Assembly: GCA_030264375.1 (NCBI GenBank) | Contig: JASCQW010000162.1 | Coordinates: 19,201,546 to 19,265,545 of the forward strand | DNA from: Carcharhinus longimanus | Taxonomy: Eukaryota | Length of the DNA: 64,000 bases | Direction: 5' to 3' | Shown: positions 26,061 to 38,648 of the stretch, in pieces | Layout: every line of letters begins with the position of its first letter | How positions within the stretch are numbered: position 1 is the first letter of the stretch | Position numbers and translations under genes: made by a program | Notes under the pieces: model-generated | The model's database searches: none | What the model saw: only the letters and a program-made list of their open reading frames with translations | Told to the model about the DNA's origin: nothing

Positions 26061-27274
26061 CCAAGTTATACTGCCAGTGATGATGATAAAGGCCATCAGG
26101 TGAAGTAATTTGGTGGTTCAAATAATGATCAAATTTGTTTCACAGGATTTCAATGTGAAGTGCTGTAGTTAATCTGTTAGGTTATATATTTATTTTGTGT
26201 TAGATGAAGTGTATATAGTTGCTAATGTTTTAAATGTTAGAGAATTAATATAAATCCNNNNNNNNNNNNNNNACAAACGTTTTTGGGCCCAAATCAAGTG
26301 TGTGTGTACATCCCTCAAAAACATTAGCTGTGTAAAAGTCAACCCTATGACTTTTTGCCTCAGAAGTTGGCCTCAAAAATTTGATTTTTACATAAGCATA
26401 TATGGTAGGTATAAACTCAGCTCACTGTATGTATATTTTGGGGTGAAGAGATAATTTTAATGGAATACATCCAGCATGTCGGATGCCCATTTTGCACCTT
26501 CCAATTTTAAAAGATTTGTGTTCAGCATATTTGTGGTAACCCCTTGAACTGTAATTTGATGATGCAATATTGCATATATGACATTAAAACAAGGTCATCC
26601 TGGCTAAAGATGTTTGTTTACCAAGTACCCATACAGTAACTGTGCTGGGTCATAAATATTTGATGGAGAAATTTGACAAAAACCAAATATCCTTGAGGTA
26701 ATGTTTGTGTTTTCATGTTGATTTCTGGATTATTTCTGATCGAACAGGTTTGCTTTGAATTTTGTATTTTGCCTTTGTGAAAATGGGAAAGACAGCATCT
26801 CTCCTAGTGATGCATAGGAATGCCATTTAGGTAACTGAGAAGCTGTATTCCAATTTATATTAGCAGCTGGTCTAGAAGAGCTTTGTACAGTGGAATGTGA
26901 TTAATAATTGTCAGTTACACATGGGATTTTGAGAGCTGTAATGACTTGTAACATTATAAGAAAACTCTGCAACCTTTTGAGCTCAAGGTTGCTGGTTTTG
27001 TTTATGTCGTACAACCAACAGTCAACCTAGTGTGACTTCCTGTTGTTTCCCTGTTCATCCAAATGCATGCACACTGATTCCTGTGTGGCAGAAATGAAAG
27101 GATCTTTGGTAATTACTTTATATTTGGAGAAGGCTACAAATGTTTTTGTCTTGTCTTCATTTAAGTTAACTTGAAAATGATGGATTGGATGGGAACCTAC
27201 AATGTTTTCTTGTCCTTGGTCACGTAGTGGTAATAAACTTAGGTGATAACAAGGACAGTGTTTTTTTTAAAATT

Positions 27275-27565
27275 TGACATTATTGTCACATGTATTAGTA
27301 TACAGTGAAATGTATTGTTTCTTTCCTGCTATACAGACAAGGCATACCATTCATAAAGAAGAAAAGGAGAGAGTGCAGAATGTAATGTTAAATCATAGCT
27401 AGGGTGTAGAAAAAGATCAAATTAGTCTGAGATAGGTCCATTTAAAAGTCTGATGACAGCAGGGAAGATGCTGTCCTTGAGTCAGTGGCACATGACCTCA
27501 GACTTTTGTATCTTTTTCCCGATGGAGGAGGGCGGAAGAGAAAATGTCCGGGGTGCTTGAGGTCC
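27275..27565 (-). mobile_element. Rex1/Babar-like LINE 3' end
   Basis: The minus strand reads RYKSLRS and LKDSIFPAVIRLLN, typical of the Rex1 ORF C-terminus. The tail ends ...ACATGTGACAATAA. Confidence 0.65.
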
Positions 27566-28194
27566 TTTTACACAGGAGGAGGCAACTGGCCTGAATCAGT
27601 CAGACAGAGGGCTTTGTGGAAGAAGATCCAGGAAAGATGCTGGTATCTTAGGCAGAATGAAAGGACTATTTTAGGTTAACCACCAAGGAGGAAGCTGGTG
27701 AGGATAGATTCCAGGTTCAAAGAACCAAAGCCATTGGAGGTCTGAAGACCAAACAGTCGCCAGAGTGTGCTCTCCTACTGGAAATTCATTTGACAATGTT
27801 CAGTAGGATTGAATGAAGGCACTTCGTTTAAATGGACTCTGGAAGTTACTCGAGCAGAAAGGAGGAGAGCCTGTGAAAATGAGGAGGAATTTAGGACACT
27901 GGTCTACAGTTCTGCAGAGAGTGCAGTGTAATGTATAAATATGCTGTGGGGTTTTTGTTTGTGTTAAGAATTTAACGATGATCCCCTTTTCTGTAATTTA
28001 CTTGGTTGCTACCAGATAATGTTTAATCAATACTGATTTTAGTTTGTTTGTTGCAGCAAAAGTATTAGAATATGAAATCTTTTTGGATGCTCTTTGCACG
28101 TATGCACAACGGTAATTTATCTTCCTAAAACCTTCGAAAGTGATAGTATTATGACACCCTCAGACTTCTTTTGACATCAGAAATTTCCCACTTG

Positions 28195-28545
28195 TCTTAA
28201 TCAATCGAGGCATAGCCTACAGAAGCAGGGAAATCATGTTGGATTTGTATAGAACTTTGGTGAGGCCACGACTAGAATACTCTGTCTTGTTATAGTGGCC
28301 ACGTTATAGGAAGGATGTGATTCTACTAGAGAAGATGCAGAGGAGATCCACCTGGATGCTGCCTGGGATGGGACATTTATGAAGTGAGGTTGGCTAGGCT
28401 TGGATTGTTTGTGTGTTGGAGCAGAGAAGACTGAGGGGTGACCTGATTGAGATCTACAAGATTGAGAGGCATGAACTGAGTGGCTAATGAGTGGCTGTTT
28501 CCCTTATTTGAAGGGGACATAGGTTAAAGGTCTGGGGCAGGAGGG
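28195..28545 (+). mobile_element. CR1 LINE ORF2 C-terminal fragment
   Basis: LYRTLVRPRLEY, LEKMQRRSTWMLPG and RRLRGDLIEIYKI motifs. Confidence 0.8.
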
Positions 28546-29711
28546 TTTGTGGAGGAAGGGGTGGGGGTGGGGGTGGGGTGGCGGTGAGTTCNNNNNNNNN
28601 NNNNNNNNNNNNNNNNNNNNNNNNNNNNNNNNNNNNNNNNNNNNNNNNNNNNNNNNNNNNNNNNNNNNNNNNNNNNNNNNNNNNNNNNNNNNNNNNNNNN
28701 NNNNNNNNNNNNNNNNNNNNNNNNNNNNNNNNNNNNNNNNNNNNNNNNNNNNNNNNNNNNNNNNNNNNNNNNNNNNNNNNNNNNNNNNNNNNNNNNNNNN
28801 NNNNNNNNNNNNNNNNNNNNNNNNNNNNNNNNNNNNNNNNNNNNNNNNNNNNNNNNNNNNNNNNNNNNNNNNNNNNNNNNNNNNNNNNNNNNNNNNNNNN
28901 NNNNNNNNNNNNNNNNNNNNNNNNNNNNNNNNNNNNNNNNNNNNNNNNNNNNNNNNNNNNNNNNNNNNNNNNNNNNNNNNNNNNNNNNNNNNNNNNNNNN
29001 NNNNNNNNNNNNNNNNNNNNNNNNNNNNNNNNNNNNNNNNNNNNNNNNNNNNNNNNNNNNNNNNNNNNNNNNNNNNNNNNNNNNNNNNNNNNNNNNNNNN
29101 NNNNNNNNNTACTTCAAGTAAGTAGACTATGGTTGTTTGAGGCTTTCTTTGTAACAGAGTTTGCATAGTGCGCTTGAGGTTAAAGATGCTTTTGGGTAAA
29201 GAATAGCCTGCAAGCATTGTTATGGCAAAAGTCCCAAAATTATCAAGTTTATATATTTTATTGTTCAAAATTGGCATTGCATATAAGTGCAATTTCTGCT
29301 AATACTCGATGTTCACTATATTTACAATTGCAGTCAATATTTACAACGTTCATTACATGTCAAACATTTCATCTGAAGGGTTTCTCCCAGCTTACAGCCC
29401 CTAGGTGTGCTATGGTTGAAGGGTCTTAGTGGCCTTACCCTAATGTTGCAGTTGCCCCAAGTTTGAATGCATCTCTCCGTACATTATCCTGTACTTGGCA
29501 TATGCAGGTCTGCAAAACTTGGTCAGGGAAGTGTCTTTGCTCTGGCAGACCAAAGAACATTTTTCACTGATGGTCCACTAGACACAGTTGATATTTTATT
29601 GTGTGTCCCTGGGAACCTATAGAGCACAGAATACTGCAATACCAAACTTCTCTGGGTGAACACCATACAAGAAGATGCACAGTTGTGCATGCCCAGATAC
29701 ACACAGCACAG

Positions 29712-30023
29712 AATTCCTGCAGTGTAGTGCAGAAGGAGGCTATTTAGTCCATCGAGTCCACACTGACTTTCTGAAAGTGCGTATTACCCAAGCTCCCCCC
29801 CCCGCCACTCATCCTATCCCTGTAATCCTGCACATTTAGTGTGGTTGACGCTAAGGGCCAATTTACCTAGCATACACATCTTTGGATTGTGGGAGGAAAC
29901 TGGAGCACCTGGAGGAAACTCATGCAGGCATGGGGAGAATTCGCAAATTCAGACAGTCACTCAAGGCTGGAACTGAATCCAGATCCCTGGCTGTGCCTGG
30001 CAGCAGTGCTGGCCACTGTGCCA
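29712..30023 (-). mobile_element. HE1-like V-SINE
   Basis: Reverse-complemented V-domain (GGGAGGAAACTGGAGCACCTGGAGGAAAC), a CR1-type tail, and a tRNA-like head ending ...CCACTGTGCC. Confidence 0.8.
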
Positions 30024-31802
30024 GACCTCAACAAGAACCACAACATCCTTTTGCAGACCTGCTTTGCAAACGCATATTCCAGAGGGAAGTGTACGGTTGT
30101 ATCTTTCCCGCTACAACCATCTTGAGGACAGTGTGTAGAGAAGGTGAAACCTGCTTGATTGAAACTACCGGTGATGTCTGTACAAAGATTTGACAGGATC
30201 ACTTTTTTTCCTGCAGATGTTAATGGAGGTTATGTGCAGACTACTGTCTGGTGGATTTGTGGAGGTCAAAAGTTGCTTTTCTGCATAAACCTTTCCATGA
30301 CGAACAGGTGGTTTGGTGGTTATGGCATGGTCCAACTGAACGAAACAATTAAAAATTACTATCAGATCTCTGATATACGGACTTACTGAACATCATTCAC
30401 AGCTGTTTGAGGCTCCGAACACTTGCGTTCCTGGACAATGTTGATAATTAGCAACCAGGTTGAAGTTGAATTGGGTATCGAAATACTTCTGGTTGAGTAC
30501 AAAGGTTCTCAGCTTTGTCATAAATGGCAATTTTCATATGTATCTATTTTATCTGTTCAAAAAGAGTAATTGCATTCCTCAGTGATTCGCTTGCATCTCC
30601 AGGATCATCATTGCTTGCTGTTGTAAGTGACCATGTGTTTCCGCTGGGTGAGCTGAGTGAAAGAAGTAAGCACGTTAGTACTTTGCAAGGCATCAAGATA
30701 TTTCATTCAAGTGGTTTGCTTGATACGTTACCAGCCATTCTGGAAATTAATGACTGTGAGCGAAACATTTTTTGTATTAATTAAATGTACATCTATTGCT
30801 AAGAAAATGGCGCAGCTTTAAAGTGACTTTTTCTGATACCTGAAATTTAATAGATACCTTCTCAGAAATCTCTGTAGCATTGCGTCAGTGGAGTGCATGG
30901 GTGTTAAGAAATGTGCCATAAATAAAAATGATTAAAGTATTTATGAATGGTCGTAAGTAGAGCTTGATCGTATTGATTTAGACTAAGCTGTTGAAAGGGA
31001 ATCTGGGATGGAAGGGCAAAGCATATGTTTGGCTGCAGTTGTTTCTTGAGAGGTACCACTAAAACTTGTAAATACTTGAGAAAGGAGCTTTGAGTAGCCA
31101 TTTCTGTTTGACCTAATGTGAAGCCTTTGAGATGTCATGAAGGCATGATAAGGCTTTATAGAGAAAGCATGTTGATTTCTATATTTTACATTCTTGTATT
31201 TCTGTGCATCCTTAGTTTTTGCTCAGTTTTCAGAGGAAAAAAGTGGTTGTGTATATTCAGAAAACGAAGAATCCAAGTTGAGTACTTCGTTTGCATAAAA
31301 AATTGTGTCCATACTTCACTATTGTAATCTTTGTGGCAAGTTTTAAACTTAAAAGATAAAGTTCTGTATTGGAGAATCAGCTACATAAGACATGAATGGA
31401 GTTAAAGCACGCTTGTATTTATGTCTATAAAAAGTCACTTGAATTTCAAATTCATGTTCTTGTAATTGATAACAGCAGCCATCAAGCCATTTCCCATCAA
31501 GTAGTGAGTCTGTCATAAGTATAATAACTCCCTAATATATTTTTTGGGGCATTCTTCCCAAAGACCCCATGCATTCCAGGAATGCCCGTTCAGTCAAAAG
31601 TGAAACCAAATGTCAGTTCTGTAATCCTAAAACCACTGTGCTGTTCCTGTAGGCAAGATGGCTATAACACAGATATGGCTTGATTGGTGTAAGTGCATCA
31701 AACTTTCTTTCTGGACAAGTTTTATTGTGATTAAAGCAAAAGGTAAGTGGGGAAGAAAAAGTCATTGTGAATTGATATACAAAATGTATATATTATATAT
31801 AT

Positions 31803-33910
31803 TCATTGGATGTGGGTGTCACTGGAAAGGCCACAATTTATTGCCCCACACCTAATTGCCCTTGAGAAAATTGTGATGTGTTGTCGTCTTGAACTACTTC
31901 AATGTGTGCTTTGAAGGTTCTTCCGCTATATTGTTAGCTAGAGAATTCCAGGATTTTGACTCAGTGACAAAGAAGGAACTATGTTTCCAAGCCAGGATTG
32001 TGCATGGATTGAAGGTAGTAATGGTGTTCCCATGCCCCAGCTTTCCTTCTCTTTCTAGCTGGTGGTACAGGTCACAGGTTTAGGTGTGCTGTTGAAGAAT
32101 CCTTGACTAATTGCTGAATTGCATCTTGCAGTTCGTATACATGGCTGCCATTTTGTCCTGGTGTTGGACCAGTTGGTGATGAGGTAAGTTGCTTTGGCCT
32201 GGATGATGTCAAAGCTTCTTGAGTGTTGTTGGAATTGCACAAATCCAGACAAGTACAGAGTATTTTATTGCATTCTTGATTTGTACTGAGTAGATGGTGG
32301 AATACCCAGTTTCTGACCAGCTCTTGGTAGACAGAAATATTTAAATGGCTGGTCTCGTTAAATTTCTGGTTACTCTCCATTTCTCTCTAGGATGTTAATG
32401 ATCGGGGTTTAAATACAGAACATCAAAGGGAGTAGGTTAGAATTTCTCCTGTTGGAGATAGTCATTGCCTGGCACTTCTGTAGTACAAATGTAACTTTTC
32501 ATTTGAGTTCATACGTAAGTGTTGTTCAGACCCTCCTGCATTTGGGATGAAACATAAGATGAGCTCCTTCAGTATGCGAGAAGTTGTGAAAGGAATGGGA
32601 CACTGCAATCATTAATGAGTAGTGAACTTCTATCTGTACAATGGAATGAAGAACATTGGTGAAATAGCTGAAGATGTTTGGGCCCAGAAACTAGCCTACG
32701 GAACTCCTGCAGTGATGTCTGAGGCAGAGAGATAATTAGCCCCTCAACACCTACTATTATCTTTGTTTCTGCTATGTAAGTGCAGAGTTTTCTCCTGATT
32801 TGTAATGATAAATGGGGTGGCATGGAAGCACGGTGCTTAGCACTGTTGCTTCACAGCTCCAGGGACCTGGGTTCGATTCGCGGCTTGGGTTGCCGTCTGT
32901 GTGGAGTTTGCACATTCTCCTCGTGTCTGCNNNNNNNNNNNNNNNNNNNNNNNNNNNNNNNNNNNNNNNNNNNNNNNNNNNNNNNNNNNNNNNNNNNNNN
33001 NNNNNNNNNNNNNNNNNNNNNNNNNNNNNNNNNNNNNNNNNNNNNNNNNNNNNNNNNNNNNNNNATGTAGGGATATGGTGGGGAGTGGGGGGGGGTACGC
33101 GGTTAGATTGTATTTGGTGCAGACTCTCTGGGCCAAATGACCTCTTTCTGCACTATAGGGTTTCTATGATTCTATGACTTATTAGGTCCAATGCCTGATG
33201 TTGAGGGCAGTCACTCTCACTTCATTGCTGGGATTCAGCTTTGTTGTACATGTTTGGACCAAGCTGCAATGAGATCTGGAGCCAAGTAGTCCTGGCAGAA
33301 ACTAAATTGAGATTAGTTTAAATTGAGATTTGTTTGCAAGTTATTGTTGACTAAGTGCCATTTGACAACACTGATGACACCTTTCTTCACTTGTTGATTG
33401 AGTGTAGGCTGATGCTGGGGTAATTGGTTGGGTTGGATGTGTCCCAATTTTTGTGGATGGGTTACACCGGAACAATTTTCCTTATTGTTTGGATTACTGT
33501 TGTTATAGCTGTACTAGGACAACATGGCTAGAGACATGGCTACTTCTGGAGCACAAGTCCTCAACATACAGCTGATGTGTTGTCAGGGCTCATAGTCTTT
33601 GTTGTATTAGGTGTGCTGTACTGTTCCTTGATGACATAATGTGTGAATCGACTGGCTGAAGATGGGCCTCGAGAAGAGACTGAGATGTATCATCCACTCG
33701 GCAACTCTGGCTGTGAATCATTATATAAAATACAGCCTTGTCTGATGCACTATTACTGTGTTTTAGCATTGTTTAAGGTGGGCATGTCTGTAAAACGCTG
33801 GCTCCTGTTTATACATCACCATTCATGCCTGGATGTGGCAAGACCCCAGAGCTTTGATCTGAAATGATGATTATGGGATTGCTTAGTTCTACCTAAAGCA
33901 TGCTATTCTG
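31803..33910 (-). mobile_element. Decayed non-LTR LINE (CR1/L2 group) with a nested SINE
   Basis: The tail shares TTTATTGCCC...AATTGCCCTTGAGAA with 44135-44200 and 55860-55950. RT remnants resemble ITAGVP.GSVLGPNIFSCFINDL (32620-32720). Confidence 0.6.
32814..33178 (+). mobile_element. HE1-like V-SINE
   Basis: GCACGGTGCTTAGCAC...GGGTTCGATTC (Pol III A and B boxes), a V-domain, and tail CTGCACTATAGGGTTTCTATGATTCTATGA. Confidence 0.85.
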
Positions 33911-35071
33911 TTTTAAAATGCATATAGTCCTGTCACTGCAGGAGTTCCACAAGCTAGTTTCTGGGCTCAACATCTTCAGCTGCTTCACCAATGACCTTTG
34001 TTCCATTGTAAAGTCAGAAGTTCACTATTCAATAATGCAGTGTTTCATTCCATTCACAACTACTTATATATTGAAGGAGCTCATCGGGTTGGAACCACAT
34101 TTTCTGTCTCACCTGGTAATGTTCCTGGCATGCCTATTGGCAGTAAATTGAAAATCTACTTCAGCATGTCTACACCACTGAAATTTAACTTGTCAAATTG
34201 GTACTGTGATCACTAATTAGCTGATGTAAATACTTATTGCAAATATATAATTCCCATTATTAGCCCCAGCATTGTTTCTGCTTAAAATCTGAATGTTTAT
34301 TGATGTGTCTGTTAACTTTACTGAGAAACTATTTGCTATGTTACGTAAACCTATATTTTTTGTGTTAGATCTAGAAATTTTCCAGATAGTACCTCATACT
34401 TTTTGGAAAAACAATCTTATCAGTCTTTGTGTGTATTTGGTTTTTGTGTCCTGGCAAATTAAATTCTTTGTTTTCCTGATCTTTCAGTACAAATAACCTT
34501 GTGAAAAGGAGATTACGTAACATTACTTAGGCACACATTCCATTCATGCACAGCAATAATGGCTACTTACTATATCTGACTCTTCTGTCTGGCACACAGC
34601 ATAGAGTCTGACCTCTTAGTACAACTGTCCATTGAACTTTATGCTTCTGATAAGCTGAACGCAAGTTTACTGCAATGAGTGAAGTTAGAGTTGGCACACA
34701 GTTCTAAGAACTATCAAACAAATTCAAAACATCATTTTGACTTGGTTACATTTTTTTCTGTGCAGTCTTTCAAAACTTTGCCAGTTATGTAGGTGGTTTT
34801 CCTTCCTGGACTGCCAATTGCTATCAGAAAAAGATCTTTTGGAGTTTCCTGTGCTACAGCAAGAAAGCTTTGAGGTTGCAAACTTCTCCCCACTTCCTTC
34901 ACCAATGAAACCAAAATAGGTTTTATTCTGTCCAGTAATGCCATTATTCACTGAGCAAGTATAGCTAGCCTTAGAATACATTCATTAAATCCAGTCAGTC
35001 TTTGCATAGAACAAGATTTTGTTTTTCCTCCTTTTAATATAACTAAACTGAAGTTATTTGCCTTTTTATAT

Positions 35072-35191
35072 TCACCTGATGAAGGAGCTGTGCTCTGAAA
35101 GCTTGTGATTCCAAATAAACCTGTTGGATTTTAGCCTGATGTTGAGACTCTTACTGTGCCCATCCCAGTCCAAAGCCGGCTTCTCCATATC
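35072..35191 (+). mobile_element. Penelope-like short repeat (family 1) carrying a minimal hammerhead ribozyme motif at 35072-35108
   Basis: TCAC-CTGATGA-A-GGAGC-TGT-GCTCT-GAAA-GC-TT-GTGA, followed by CCAAATAAACCTGTTGG...CCAGTCCAA. The same family occurs at 53760-54008 and 55383-55583. Confidence 0.7.
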
Positions 35192-37017
35192 CTTTTTAAA
35201 GATTGGCAAATTTAAAGTGTTGCTTGAGCGTGAGTTGATCCTGTCATTGCACATACTGTATCCATTTTTCAAACTCTTGTTCAGTGTCCTGGTCAATTTA
35301 AAATTACTCTGTGGTGAGATAATTAAAAAGAATTACAATCACGTAATGTATTTCTTTTATATGTAATTTATTTTTGCAAGTAATTTCTGCTAAGAATGCA
35401 CACATCTGCACATATCATACAGTATTTCATTTTTGAACTGAATTTGAATAGGAATTGAACTGTGGCTTTAACATTGATCCCTATGGGAACCCGTGATTCA
35501 CTTAAAGTCATTTCAATTAAGTCATTTTACTTAAAGTTATGATTTTCAGCAGCCTCAACTTTGTGAAGATTCCCTATACGCTTGCTGAAAAATGAATTTG
35601 ATTTCTGTCAGATTAGATATTTGCATTTGTGCTGCTTTAACTCAGATTCTGGGAGACCGTGTCTTCTGATATCTGTGAAAACCAGTGATCACCTGATGCT
35701 GGTAGATTTTTAGAGCTACTAAAAAAAACTTGTATACTACTGGAGTATGGAAGGAATTTATATAGATACCTAGAATCTCAATCAATACAATTGATTCTGA
35801 TACTTAGAATCAGAATCAATACGACATCCAGATGAAAATGATGTAAATTACAGTCTGTCTTTACAACAATCTTGGGGTGAATTTATTAGTCACACGCTGG
35901 CAGGAAAGCAGGAGGGTGGACCCGTAAATTAGGGTATGTGAGGGTATGTGCTGTTGGTGACATGCAAGCCCTGCATTCTCCCATGCTGTGATTTTACCTA
36001 TGGTAAGTGAGGCATTGAATTGGGTGAAGTGAGATCTGAGGTACACATGAATATGTGTCTAATGCTGAATGTCATTTACTTAGCCTAGCTGCTGCACAAG
36101 CAGTGTCCAATGCTGCTGGCACTGCTGGTGTGCAGAACTACTGGCTTCGGATTGGCAACTCCGTGAGGTGAGACTTCCTCCTGGAAATGGACAGAAGTCC
36201 TGCCTCGTACTAATTGAAGGGCTGTTGGCTAGAAAATTAGAGCAGGATGGGCTGGCTAAGCAGACGTGTGTGCCACCACCACCATTACCCGCCTACCTCC
36301 TCCCATTGCTCATTTACTCTGGAGTGTGAGCAGCCTGCCTTTGTTAATTTACATACAGATCAAATATCTGACTGAAGTAAAACTACCTGAAATGTCAAAT
36401 TGTAAACTTCAGATTTGTTTCTTGTTGACACAAATCTGAAAGAATGTTGACTAAGTGATTGAAATTTAGACTTCTAGTATATTCTTTGACATTCAGCAAT
36501 GTGCATATTGTTTAAATGTAATGCAGTTTTACATGATTGAGTTTCTTCTGTTTGCTGCATTATTTCTCAAATATTTTATATCTTTTCAGATTCATTTTTC
36601 TCAATGTGATTCTCAATGATCGTTTCTGAAAATCAAATGGGTATAAAATTAGCAATTCGATTCTTTTATTTTTGAATATTTTTGTTCGCTGAGTGCTGGC
36701 TTGAAAAAATAATAGCCTGACAGCACGTGAGCTATGTTAATGTTGGCAGGTAGCCAGTAAATTAAACGTTAACCGTAAGGTACTTCAACATTGTTGGGCT
36801 CAGTGTCCCTACAAAGGCAGAAATTTCTGACATATTTTCAAAAAACTACAAGGTTGAACAGTACACTGATAAGACAAATTGATGTGGTTGTAACTGTCAT
36901 AGAGTAACCAAGATAGATTGACTATTTCCAGGGATGGTTTGCATGTACCCATCATCATTTTCTCTCTCTGTACCAAGAAGAACTTAAACTTTTACTTTTG
37001 GCTTTCATGTCTCCTAA

Positions 37018-37298
37018 TGTAATAATGAAAATTATATTCGAGGTGAGAGATTTGAAATGTTGAACCTGTGGTGACCTCATGCCCCCTTGTTCGATGAGAA
37101 AGGGGATAGATGACATTATTGTGGGTCACATGAACCATTGAGCCAATCATGGAGAGGCGATTGTTTGGCAGTTGGAGTCTGAGGGATCATTGAGTTTCCA
37201 GTCTTTCTTATCACTGTCCTATGTTTATAATTGTTTTCCCCAATAAATCTCCTGTTTGTTTATCTGCCTCGCTGTTCGTCAATTCCTCTGTTGTTACA
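37018..37298 (+). repeat. 5' LTR of a Gypsy-type retrotransposon
   Basis: TGTAATA...TGTTACA termini and AATAAA at ~37242. It is followed by TT-TGGTGAC (PBS-like) and then gag. Confidence 0.6.
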
Positions 37299-38306
37299 TT
37301 TGGTGACAAGGTAAAGAGAAACTTGCTTCTGTCTTCTGCTGCAAGTGGGGAGAATAGTCCTTGAATTACATTCCTTGTGAGAAATAATATTGCAACAACT
37401 TGATGTTAAAATGCCTTTAAGTGGGAAGTTGGAACCATTTGACCAGGAAACCAAGCTATGGACCAATATGTGGAGCGTCTTTAATTGTTTTTGAGGGCCA
37501 GTAAAATCCAGTGAGGGGAGGGAAAGCAGAAGTTAATCCTTCTAAACCTGCCGGTCACAAGCTTATCATCTAATTCGAAGTCTGACTTCTCCAGAGGTCC
37601 CAGATGCAAAAACATTCGACAAGCTCCTTAACCTGGTCGAAAAGCACTATCACCCAAAACAATCTTGTGATAATGCAGCAATATAAATTTAGTTCTGCAA
37701 TGAAAAACCCAGGGGAGACATTAGCAGCATACGTGACACAGTTAAGGCAGTTAGCTGAACGTTGTGAATTCGTATCGACAGTCAGCAAGATGTTAAGAGA
37801 TAGGTTAGTTTGTGGTGTGAATAACCTCCCCATATCAAAAGAACTATTAGTACAGACAGACAAGTGTGCTTCAGGCTACAGAAAGCACTGAAAAAGATGT
37901 ATTAGATTTGCAAAGCATGCAGCTAGGTGAGATTAACCAATTTAGGTGGGAAACTTTGGAGTCAGGGATGAGGGTTTGCAAAGCTGAGAGTCAAAGAGCA
38001 GCAAGCAAGATGGGACAGAGATACAGAAAATCTGGTTTACAAACCAAGAACTTAAAGGGAAGCACCCCCAGGAGAGTAGTCAATTTAAAGGTGCAACTTA
38101 TTTTGCTTGTAACAGGAGCGGGCAAATTAAGATTAAAAGTAGAGCAAAACAAAGCCTACCAAGAGCCAACAAAAAGGGTATATAATACTAGTGCATTGTT
38201 CAAAAAACAATTCTGAAAAAGAATCTGAAACTTAGAGTAAACAATAGTAAAGTGAACATGTAAACCCCAATTATAATTGTGTTAATGATGAATGTTCAAT
38301 CACTTA

Positions 38307-38648
38307 GAATCATAGGAACTCTACAGTGCAGAAAGAGGCCTTTTGGCCCATCGAGTCTGCACCGACCGCAATCCCACCCAGGCCCTACCTCCATATCCCT
38401 ACATATTTACCCCCTAATCCCTCTAATCTATGCATCTCAATACACTAAGGGGCAATTTTAGCATGGCCAATCAAACTAACCTGCACATCTTTGGACTGAG
38501 AGAGGAAACTGGAGCACCTAGAGGAAACCCATGCAGGCATGAGGAGAATGTGCAAACTTCACACAGAGTGTGACTCAAGCTGGGAATCGAACCCAGGTCC
38601 CCGGAGCTGTGAAGCAGCGGTGCTAACCAGTGTGCTGCTGTGCCACCC
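38307..38648 (-). mobile_element. HE1-like V-SINE inserted into the Gypsy protease region
   Basis: Full head, V-domain and tail. CACTTA occurs on both sides as a probable target-site duplication. Confidence 0.85.

Larger units (their letters stand above)
24460..26405 (+). mobile_element. pogo/Tigger-type (POGK-like) DNA transposon, decayed, with nested SINEs
   Basis: Imperfect TIRs: TA|CAGTATATACTCATGTAAAAGTTGA on the left and, as reverse complement, TA|CCATATATGCTTATGTAAAAATCAA on the right, both flanked by TA. Transposase remnants include TGHEKM*FTVV (~25060) and FIPSGPTSVVQPSDV*INKPLKD (~25330-25400), which resembles the DDE_1 motif IPGGLTSVLQPLDV. Confidence 0.8.

Noticed and set aside
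16961-29292. Long ORFs at 16961-17641 and 28504-29292
   Set aside because: They stay open only because they run through N gaps.
32814-32900. tRNA genes suggested by A/B-box motifs
   Set aside because: All such motifs are SINE heads followed by V-domains and do not form a complete cloverleaf.
37570-38216. Domesticated gag-derived gene
   Set aside because: Multiple stops and frameshifts in gag and pol indicate neutral decay.
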